This document shows, in pieces, positions 1 through 10,068 of a stretch of 29,505 nt of DNA (position 1 is the first letter of the stretch; every line of letters starts with the position of its first letter). The stretch spans positions 79,063 through 108,567 of the forward strand of contig CAJNOI010000231.1 in assembly GCA_905250115.1 (NCBI GenBank), read 5' to 3'. The notes beneath the pieces were generated by a model. The model was not told where the DNA came from. It saw only the letters and a list, made by a program, of their open reading frames with translations, and did no database searches. The position numbers and the translations under genes were made by a program. The DNA is from Adineta steineri. Lineage: Eukaryota.

Positions 1-51
1 GTGTGGGTACGGGTGTTTTCGCTCTGCACATCCACACCCACCCACACCCAA
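1..51. repeat. Telomere-like G-rich/C-rich inverted repeat (GTGTGGGTACGGGTG ... CCACACCCACCCACACCC)
   Basis: Direct reading; left side may be truncated by the window edge. Confidence 0.6.
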
Positions 52-855
52 CTTATATAAAGTCCTGTCATCATGCATCCTCTAACCGCACGAAGTTTCA
101 AATACATCTACTCATGTTTATATCAGCTTTTATGTAAATTTAATTAATTAATTAAATGATGGTAAGATCTATATGAATTCATTCAAATGTTATAAAGAAC
201 ATTATTTTCTCATCATCATTTTTATTTATGTTTTAAATTTAAAATCAGAATCTCCGTTACAAGTTAAGCAAAGTGATACGAACCTGTTGATTGGTGTAAT
301 TATCGCATTTCTAATTGCTGAGATGTTAGCAATGATTGCTATAACTGGTCGAGAAATAAGTTCAAGAAATTGAACAAAACAACAGCAATAGTAAACATCA
401 AATAAATGATCTTCTCTAAGAGTGGATTAATTGACTTTTGTCTTATTTTAAAACTGAAAAAGAAAGAAAACAATGTCTTTATTTGTGGTTTTTAAAGAAT
501 AATTCAGATGAAATGGATACATCGAATAATATAAATTTGACAAAAGCGTAAGAGAAAAAATGATTTAATTTGAAATTCATTTTTTTCCAACGTATTTTGT
601 AGATTTTCGATTTGGCAATGATTATACTCAGCCGACAGTAAAGTTAACCTATAATGATATTTATTTTGTGCCGAGCAAAAATGAAACTATCACGAATAAA
701 CTTTTGCTATGACCTTTTCTTTTGTTGGTTGTCGGACGGATGAAGAAACAATAACCGTCCATTCTTTTCAAAAAAATCCACCACGAGAGGTTACATATAC
801 GTATATATACTTGTGTATATACATATGAAGTTGACAAGTGAACCGATCAAAACAA

Positions 856-1677
856 ATGGATCAATTACCCATTGAATTATTCAGGAGCATCTTTTACTAC
901 ATTGATCAGTTGCCAGATCTGATTCGAGCCTCGCTTGTTTGTCATTATTGGCGATCGCATATTATGGACGATGAAGATTTTCTTAACAAATGGTTTCATC
1001 AATCACTGAAGTTCTCTCGACAGTCATCTCGTAACCATCGACAAGGACTAATACAAAATCTCGATCAATCTCTATTTCCTCAAAATTTACAATCAAGTGA
1101 ATGTCATCTTCTACCATTGATTGATCCATTTTATATTACTGGTAGCGAATATTTCTTCGAACAACATTATCAACCATCACTTTTTGATAGATATTATTCA
1201 TTTTCTTTTTGGTTCTTCTTACCTTATCAATGTGAATTAGTTGTACAAATTAACAAGAATTATGTTATAGACTTACATAACTGTCAACATGCTGATAGAC
1301 AATGGTATTTCAGTGGACATAAGAAAAAATTCTTTGATGATCAATGGATACATATTGTTATAGCCAACAGTGAATCACAAACTGGGCATTGCATATGGTT
1401 GAATGGACATGATCTGAATACGTTCAGTCTCCATCGAACATTCAATAAACATATCAAGACAAGAAGCACGACGAATGCACTTATGCTCACTTGCAAGCGG
1501 AATGACTACTCGATACAATCACCAGTCAAAGCGGGCATTGCCGATCTTGTTGCTTTCAAACGATGCTTATCGTTACCGGAAATTCGAGCTATTTATCAAC
1601 AACAAAAATGCATCGATCAAGTACAAGTTGGTACCTATATGAAAAAAAATGAGAGAAAAAAGTGTACCATAATATAA
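856..1677 (+). CDS. F-box protein with C-terminal LamG/concanavalin-like domain and C-terminal CaaX-like motif (CTII)
   Basis: Single-exon ORF. The track start at 838 is GTG; the first ATG is at 856. N-term LPIELFRSIFYYIDQLPDLIRASLVCHYW is F-box-like. The tail GIADLVAFKRCLSLPEIRAIYQQQ is typical of LamG-like folds. The C-terminus is KKNERKKCTII. Confidence 0.8.
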   Translation: MDQLPIELFRSIFYYIDQLPDLIRASLVCHYWRSHIMDDEDFLNKWFHQSLKFSRQSSRNHRQGLIQNLDQSLFPQNLQSSECHLLPLIDPFYITGSEYFFEQHYQPSLFDRYYSFSFWFFLPYQCELVVQINKNYVIDLHNCQHADRQWYFSGHKKKFFDDQWIHIVIANSESQTGHCIWLNGHDLNTFSLHRTFNKHIKTRSTTNALMLTCKRNDYSIQSPVKAGIADLVAFKRCLSLPEIRAIYQQQKCIDQVQVGTYMKKNERKKCTII

Positions 1678-2195
1678 TCAATCATGTTCACATGTATCTA
1701 TTTCTTCTGCAAGTATTGTTTCTGATATGATCATAGAAGAATAAATATAGAATATCTCTAAATTGCCTTCAAAAAAAGACTATGAATGATTTTGGAAAAT
1801 TTGATCTTTAGAAACTATCAGAATAGTTTTGATCGATAGAAGTTTAATCCTGAAAAACTTTATCTGGGTCGTGAAGATTGACGCGAGTGCAGCTGCTTCT
1901 TTATTCTTTTATAAGCAAAAACGTTCCAGTAAAACAAAAATGATAATGAACCATGTTCGCATTATAGAAATACAAAAAATAGATTTTAAAGACAGTATTA
2001 TCATTAGCGAAATACAGATTGATTCTATATTGTACTCACTTTTTGAGTACACGAAAACAGAATGAGTGAAATTAATAGAATCATTAGGTAGATTTAACTT
2101 GTTAGAGTGCTCTCTAACAAGATTCAATATAATCAAAAAAAATAAACTATTAAAAGAGATTGATCCTCAAATAGAATGAATAGTGATATTTAGTT

Positions 2196-5100
2196 TTATA
2201 TAGTGCACAAGTTTAGTTTAATACCAATATTATTAGAAAGTGTATTAATTGTGGCAACATCCATCATTTTGTCATTATTAAAATCGTCAATGACTACTGA
2301 AACTGGATCTACACCAGTTTGACGATCGATATTTATCTTAAAAGTTCCATCACCATAGCCCACCAACGATTTAAAAGTATTCTCAATATAATTAGTCACT
2401 ATAAGATCTAGTTTTGCATCATCGTTAAAATCGAGTGCAACAATAGCATAAGGAGATCCACCAATAATATAATTTTTCATAGTTGAAAAACTACCATCTG
2501 CGTTTCCAAGAAATATTGACAAACTAGCACTGAGATAGTTAGTCACTATTAAATCTAAATTGTTATCATTATTAAAATCATTTAATACAGGAGAAATTGG
2601 TGTATCACCAACTGTATAGTTCATATATGATCGAAAGATTCCAGTTCTGTTGTTAAGAAGGACACTTACGCTATTATTACCTTTGTTAATTACAACTAGA
2701 TCTTGTATACCATCCTTGTCTAGATCACCTGCCAACATAAATGATGGAGTTTTTGCAACCGTATAAGTCTTTTGAAGTTGAAAGAAACCATTTGAATCAC
2801 CTAATAGAATACTGATAGAGTTGTCGCCTTGATTCACCACAGCTAAATCTAATATATTATCATTATTGAGATAATTTGCTAAGACAAATACAGGCTTCCA
2901 GCCAGTGTTGATTGTTCGTCGTGCTTGAAAGATTCGATTAACATCACTAAGCATTAAACTTATGAAATTAACACCTTGATTAACTATCGCCAGATCAAGC
3001 CTTAAATTATTATTAAAATCAGTTGATACGAGACAAATAGGATTTAAACCAGTTCCATATCCAGGTAAATGTTGAAAGGTTCCACTGCCATTTCCAATTA
3101 ATAAGCTGACAGTATTATCATTAAAACAAGCTATTCCTAGATCAAGTTGTCCATCGAAATTAAAATCACCCGATACAATTGATGTTGGAGAGAGACCAAC
3201 TGTATAACTAATATTATTAGCGAATAATCCATTTGACTGACCAAATAGAATAGTGACAGAGTTATTGAAACAATTAGAAATTACTAAATCAATGAAAGTA
3301 TCATTATTGACATCAGCCGATATTATATAACATATTCCATAACTAATTATATACTTCTGACCGGATTTAAAAATACCATTTTGAGATCCAAATAATATAT
3401 TAACAGTACCACTATTGTAGCTGACTACTGCTAGATCAAGATTACCATCTTTATTAAAATCATTTGATGTAATTGAATATGGATTTTGTTCAACAAAATA
3501 GCTTTGTGAAGATGTAAAATTACCATCTCCATTCCCGAATAGTACGATAACAGTATTGTTGAATTGGCTAACAACAGCTAAATCTAGTTTCTTGTCTTTG
3601 TTGAAATCCATTGATATGATCGAGTATGGAATAACACTAACGTTGAATGTTATCGTATTGCCAAAGCTTCCTACTTGATTACCAAATAATATAGTGATAC
3701 TGCTATCGCCTTCATTACAGACGGTAACATCTGATTTGTTATCATTATTAAAATCACCTGCTATCAATGAAATGGGATTGCTGCCAACTGAAATAAAGTT
3801 TGCACGATTAAAGATTCCATATCCATTATTGAGCAATATGCCAATATTTTTATCAGCATAATTGACCACTATTAGATCCAGACTAATTCCACCAGAAAAA
3901 TTACCAGCTACGATCGACATCGGTGTGTTACCAGTTAAATAACTTGGTTGAGTTGGAAATGTTTTATCTTTATTGCCAAGAAGAATGCTTACGCATCCTT
4001 CATTATAGTCAGTAATTGCTAGATCCACAATAGTATCATTATTAAAATCATTCGCTGTTATATAACTTGGTTGACTACCAGTGCCATACCTTGGATTTAT
4101 TGGAAAAGATGTATTGCTGTCACCGAGTAATAAACTAATAGTACTCTCAACATAATTAACTACTGCAATGTCTGCCACACCATCATTATCAATATCACCT
4201 GATGTAATAGATACCGGCACATTACCAACAGGATATGCCTGTGGTGATTGGAAAGTACCATTACCTATACCATACAATATATTGATAGTATTTACTCCAT
4301 AGTTAGTCACTGCTAAATCTCTAATGTTATCATTATTAAAATTATCTGATATGATACTATATGGAGTTTGACCAGCACTATAAATTACTTGAGGTTGAAA
4401 GGTTCGATTTCCACCAGCAATTAGTATGCTGATTGTATTATCTAAATAGTTTGCTATAGCCAGATCCAAAATGGAGTCATTATTGAAGTCATATGTGGTC
4501 AGAGTACGTGGACTATTACCAACAGAATATATCCTTTGTGGTTCAAAACTACCATTTCCATACCCAAACAAGATACTGATGGATGCAGCATTATAGTTAA
4601 CTGTTGCCAGATCGAGATGACTATCATTATCAAAATCATTTGCTATGCCACCTCTTGGATATAAACCAACTTGAAACGTTTGTGGAGGCATAAAACCTAC
4701 ATTTTTTCCATTCATATATCCAAAAAGTATGCCGACAGAGTTATCACCACTATTAACAACAGCAAGATCAGGTACACCATCATTATTGAAATTTCCTGAT
4801 AATACTGTGATTGGATTATTACCAACAGGGTAAACTTGTTGCGATGTAAATGTTCCAAATCCGAGTCCAATAAGAATACTAACAGTATTATCACCCATGT
4901 TGACTACTGCTAAGTCTTGCATATCATCAAGATTGAAATCACCTATTGTTACAGATTCTGGTCGTGTACCAACTAGGCTAGTAATTCTTTCTTGAAAAGT
5001 ACTATCACCATTCCCAAATCGCACACCAACACTATTATCACCCTCATACACTATTATGAGATCTAATGAACGATCATTGTTCAAATCGTAAAATATTAGT

Positions 5101-5314
5101 GAGACAGGTTGTGGAAGAGTTTTAACTTTGGACTGCGCTGGAAAATTCCCTTGTCCATCACCATATAATACAACAATTTCGTCATCTTGTTGATTTGCCA
5201 CGATGATATCTACGTTCGTATCGTTATCGAATGTGCCCACTATGCCAGAAATTGGAAAGTTACCAGTTTGAAAGAAAGCTACAGTTCCTACATATGGTGT
5301 TGTGCATACTTGTA
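2196..5314 (-). CDS. Large FG-GAP / VCBS repeat exon (beta-propeller, putative extracellular)
   Basis: 21 tandem copies of a ~45-50 aa unit, consensus FQ..Y.VG..P.SI...DFNNDG..DLAVVN....SISILLGNG.GTF, with DxDxD-type Ca-binding-like loops. The track's N-term MISDFMIWIVITNFYCFILV appears to be translated intron. Confidence 0.92.
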
Positions 5315-6705
5315 CTAGAATAAAACAATAGAAATTAGTGATTACGATCCAGATCATGAAATCACTGATCACTTACCACTCTTTGCAGATTTTAATCCCA
5401 TAACAACACCAATAATAGCTGCCGTAATAACTGCTATAATTGACAAAATCAATGGAATAGCAAATCTTTTCTTTGTATACAATGGACGTCTTCAAATATA
5501 TCACGAAAGAAGTTACATAAAAATAATCCTCTGAAAATGACAGATATAACTAGACTTACTTTAGTTTTGGAAAAATATGTGCACCTAAATTAAAATCGAT
5601 ATTCTCATTCATAAGAAATAATTAAAAAGTCATGCACAATACCTTCATATGGTGGTTGTAATAAAATATCTTTAGGTATCTCTTGTTTCAGATGAATGAT
5701 ATTAAGATCAGGTGCTGGACTAAAGAGTGATTGAACAACCATATAAGTACCAGGGAGAAGAAGAAGTTCATCTTCAGTAACAAAATGTGAATGTGCTTTA
5801 ATAGTTCGACCATTTATAGCTTCGACAGAAAATAGAGTTCGACTTCCACTAGCACCCAAATACATATTATTTTCTAGTACAGTTAATTCAGTTGTAGTAG
5901 ATGAAAATGCCCACCAAGTGACAGGAGTGCCAGGTGGAAACTCTGCACTCAAATCTTGTGTCACTCCTCTCCAAACAGTACAAGGAGGAACACATGGAAG
6001 TTTGACAAGAGCAGTGATGAATAACTTCATATATTTGTGGTAAGGTATAAGTTTTTCACGTGGTTGAGTTTTAAGAGTATAATTAAGCGATGAATAAAGA
6101 CTTCGATGTGGTCGATCCCATTCAATGGTATATAAACGAATAGCAGCACTTTCATCAACTGTAAGGTTATCAAGTGGTGGTGAAGGTGTTTCTTCTAATG
6201 CTAATTTAACATAAAATGACATGTTATGTAGAATATCATTAAGAGGAGCACATGCTTCAGCAAGTGGTAAAAGTGGTTCATTAGCATATTCAATTATAGG
6301 TTCTGCTGACGGTTCTGTTTCATCAGGAGTACTGGTATCTGTTAGTTTTTGTCCTGTTTCCTTAGATTCTCCTCTCCGTTGATCAGTATCAGCAGAGTCT
6401 TCATTGAAATTATTTGCATCTTCTTCTAATAGTTCTGGTAAGAGTTCTGAATTTCGACCACGTGTATCTTTGTCATCGACATTTTGATATGTTACATTCA
6501 TCAAAAGACTTGATGGATCACTAATGACGTTGACTGATCTCCTTTTTGATTTTCTTCGATATTGCATTGTTTCATTATCAGTTCCAATTGTTGTTAATTC
6601 TGTTTGTGTTCGAACATTTTTGCTGACAAGTGGTATACCTATTTCTTCAGTTTGTGTAAGAGCGTTTTCCGTTGATGGTCTATTTTGTAGCACTAAATAA
6701 TCCAT
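2196..6705 (-). CDS. Predicted fused gene: N-terminal ADP-ribosyltransferase, single transmembrane segment, then 21 FG-GAP/VCBS-type repeats. Model: complement(join(2196..5314,5377..5489,5560..5584,5643..6705))
   Basis: Three candidate GT..AG introns: 5643|GTATTG...TTTAG|5584 (58 nt), 5560|GTAAGTC...TTGAAG|5489 (70 nt), 5377|GTAAGTG...TTCTAG|5314 (62 nt). All phases are consistent and the summed exons are 4320 nt (1439 codons + stop). The junction reads PPYEG-AHIFPKLKRPLYTKKRFAIPLILSIIAVITAAIIGVVMGLKSAKS-VQVCTTPYVG. Alternative: a separate FG-GAP gene starting at ATG 5612, overlapping the ART stop by 8 nt. Confidence 0.6.
5643..6705 (-). CDS. ADP-ribosyltransferase (arginine-specific R-S-E type) domain exon; the unspliced ORF would stop at 5605
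   Basis: Motifs in order: TVWRGV (R), WWAFSSTT (S-T-S-like), VTEDELLLLPG (ExE). Low-complexity charged N-terminal region. Possible additional upstream exons. Confidence 0.85.
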
Positions 6706-8490
6706 TTTTTTTCTTTATTAATGTATGTAAATACTTTTTTGTAAAATCTAAAAATAATGAAATGTTTATAATACATGAGTCAATTCTAACACTATACTAT
6801 CTTTCTCATTAACATTAATAAAAAATAATTATGATACTAACCGTCAGAAATTTTAAAAAGAATGAAGTATTGAGAATAACAAATGTCAATATATTTATAT
6901 CTGAGATACCTTTGTACTTATTTCGATGAAAAGAAAACGTATCGGATTGTGATGCACAATTCGAAAATGATTGGTTATTAGATTCACATCGAATATTTTT
7001 CGTATATGCGACGACAAAAAAACCGTTAATCTTTTTCTCATGCATTTTTTGTTAACTGAAACACCGTACAGGTAAAGAGATGCAATTGGTTAGTTATCCA
7101 TTCACCAATGAAAAATATTGATTGCATGTGTATATTCTTTTTATGTATATGCAAAGAATCTACGATATATACACGTAGACACCTTGGAATATTTTATCAC
7201 GCCTATGAAATACAGAACACAAGACATTGCGACCTTTTATCGATAATAGTACATCAAAATAAATTATTTTTTATAATATTAACGATATGAAATATCAAAC
7301 AAGACAAAAATTTTATCAAAATAAAATCCAATATAGATACAAACAAATTTATATGAATATTATACTATAAAAAATAAATCTAATGAAAATAAGTATAAGT
7401 ACATTGAATGTAAGTTTATTTTGATGAAGAATATAGACAGGAGATTAGAGATGCTCTTTATGTATATGTGTTAATGTAAGTATTACTCATAGATGGTTTT
7501 ATTTACATGAAATATTATCGTCACATGTGACGTTACCTGAGATATAGTTTGTTTTTCATTCTTTTCATAGTTTACAACACATTTATTTTCACCATGTGCA
7601 TAAATCATAAAAACATCTTTCATTATACTTACAAAATCGATAGTAGAATGTACATGAATATATTTCTTATTTTAGTACAACGATGTATGACATCATATGC
7701 AAAAGAAGTAAACTCATTTAAAATTAATACTAATTTTCAAAATTGTTCTATGACGTATATAAGCTAAATCAACACAACAGAGTATATTGGAGTTTATCAA
7801 TCACTACTAAGAAATATATGACTCGATCCTAATTGAATAACCAGAAAACTAGAATAGTCAATCAAATAGTGCTATGTGAAAATGAAGTTTTCAAAAAAAA
7901 AATCAACAATAATTTTTGTTATTGATTAAACTTATTCATATGATGTGATTGTATTATCATGTAAAACACTTGTAGTAGTAGATATTAAGTTTGAAATATA
8001 GAAATATCAGTTTCAACTTGTGCATTAAAAAGATCTTGATTTAATAATTCATCTGACATTAATTGACTTTTATATAATGATTTATAAAATTTAAAATTGA
8101 CTAAAACTTACTCCATGAAAATCTTCTTGTTTTTTCTCATGTAAAATTTGACATATTTTCACATTTATCATAAATAAGAAAAGTATTTTTAGCTTCTGAA
8201 ACACTGAAAATTAGATCATTTTAAGTAGTATATTTTCTCGTCATGAATTTTATGATCACGAAACATCATGACATAAAAGAGTCCTAAGTTTTTATTATGT
8301 TCTCGTTTTGAGGGTGACGGTGTTATCTATGTATACTCTCATCCTCACTTATCCTCGAGAATTTATAATTGAATTACATAATTAAAAGAAATTCATAGAA
8401 TCAGGAGTAAAATATTAACATGAAAAACGAATAGTTCTATATATTTTGTAAAGCAAGACATTGTGCAAGTGTTACCCTCATAACTGGTCC

Positions 8491-8616
8491 TGCGGGTGTG
8501 GGTGTGGGTGTGGGTGTGGGTGTGGGTGTGGGTGTGGGTGTGTATATAGAACAAAGCAACACAAGCACCCACATCCACACCACCCATCCACACGCCCACA
8601 CCCACACCCTCAAGAT
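8491..8616. repeat. Telomere-like hairpin: (GGGTGT)n array opposed by CCACAC...CCCACACCCTCAAGATGG
   Basis: Direct reading. Confidence 0.85.
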
Positions 8617-8822
8617 GGTTGGATTATTTTCTCTCCTTTGTAAACTCACCGTTATCCTCTCTTTTCTTTGATTTTATTCTAATATGTTTTTCGTACAATG
8701 TCCTGATGAGTATTTATTTTAAAATAAATAATACGAAACGCGTCGGTAATATCAAAAACTCTGCATTTATACTAATTTCCTCAAGACTTTTTATTACCAA
8801 CTAACACTTGGTATACAATCGA

Positions 8823-9701
8823 TTACTGAAAAGTAAGAGTTGAGTCCTGACAGATTAGTATGTCTTCGTCAAAGGATAGATTAGTCTGCTTTCCAATTGA
8901 TTTACCCTGTTCAGTAGTTGTCTTAATTGTATCTACGATGTTATTTGAACCTTCATCTCCTAGGCTTACGTGATTAATAATAATTTTTTGCTGATCAATA
9001 ATAGTTTGTTGCTGTGCAATGGTAGCTTTTTGGATATTAATGTGCTGCTTCAGTATGTAGTTTTCTATAGCACCACCATACAAGACTCCCGGAGCATATT
9101 TCTGGAAAAAAGTCGATACCACAATTGCGTGGCGAACATCATAAAATTTCGCTACTATACTTTCCATATCCGTCATTATTTCATGTACCTTCTGAGGAGT
9201 TTTTTTCCTAATATCATAATATCGTTTAAAATCATTAATTAAAAATTCATTTCTCCCAGAAATTAAAGTCATAAGAAACGTTTTTGTTGATTCCACATCC
9301 TCTCCACGCTCTATTGTATCAGGTAAATGAAATTTATCCATTAAATCTTTGGTATACTCTTCTATTTCCGATAATTGTGAATTGTGTAAGTACTTGGTAG
9401 ACAAAGCAACATAAAATTGCCAGAAAAATGTGCGTTGCTTTTTGCACGGCATTGTGGGTAAAATATTATTCTCCAAATGTGTAAAAAGCCAATCTAGGCC
9501 TCCGGACACATAACCTTGTACTACGCTATTATCTTTTAATATTGTTTGTACCATAAGAGGAAGAGATTCAAATTTTCTCATTGCATCTTGCTGCTCGCCC
9601 GTAGGGTCATCTTCCGGATCAATATTCAAAGGATGATCAATTGTGAAGACGTCTTCCATATAACACAATATAAAAGCAAGAAAAATAATATTATAAAACA
9701 A
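8823..9701 (-). CDS. Hypothetical protein, possibly with a signal peptide (or starting at internal Met, 9659)
   Basis: 292-aa ORF with non-repetitive composition and a glutamine-rich coiled segment (QQQTIIDQQKIII). No family recognised. Confidence 0.5.
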   Translation of the reverse strand: MFYNIIFLAFILCYMEDVFTIDHPLNIDPEDDPTGEQQDAMRKFESLPLMVQTILKDNSVVQGYVSGGLDWLFTHLENNILPTMPCKKQRTFFWQFYVALSTKYLHNSQLSEIEEYTKDLMDKFHLPDTIERGEDVESTKTFLMTLISGRNEFLINDFKRYYDIRKKTPQKVHEIMTDMESIVAKFYDVRHAIVVSTFFQKYAPGVLYGGAIENYILKQHINIQKATIAQQQTIIDQQKIIINHVSLGDEGSNNIVDTIKTTTEQGKSIGKQTNLSFDEDILICQDSTLTFQ

Positions 9702-9860
9702 TGACTACATTTTATTATTTTATAGACTAGAGTGCGGACGTGGGTATTAGTTAAAGACATTGACACCCACACTTCCACTTAAAAAAATGGTACCATATGG
9801 AACCGACAAGTTCTCGTGGTTCTCTGTTAAATCCGATAAAGTATTGTATGCACCATAAAT

Positions 9861-9956
9861 CTTGAGGGTGTGGGTGTGGGTGTGGCTAATTTGAGGGTGT
9901 GGGTGGGTGAGGGTGGGAGAAGTAGTACTACCCACACCCACCCACCCACACCCGCC
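9861..9956. repeat. Telomere-like hairpin element, left end CTTGAGGGTGTGGGTGTGG
   Basis: Direct reading; a second TTGAGGGTGTGGGTGGG start is nested inside and opposed by CCCACACCCACCCACCCACACCC. Confidence 0.8.
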
Positions 9957-10068
9957 ATTCATCTTTGTTGACGGCGAATCATTTTTTCAATCGGATTATG
10001 TATACGGAACTTTATTTAAATGAATTCGTAAAAAATAACAAGCTGCTTTAAAACATTATTCATAAGAA

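Noticed and set aside
173-373. 66-aa ORF with hydrophobic segment (SDTNLLIGVIIAFLIAEMLAMIAITG)
   Set aside because: Could be the last exon of a gene starting outside the window, but there is no recognisable family or splice support.
4712-4894. Additional antisense-strand or alternate-frame ORF within the FG-GAP gene
   Set aside because: Alternate frame of a repetitive coding exon; no domain.
8393-8649. ORFs translating TPTPTP/CGCGCG-type repeats
   Set aside because: Artefacts of reading through the TGTGGG-like array on both strands; no non-repeat protein content.
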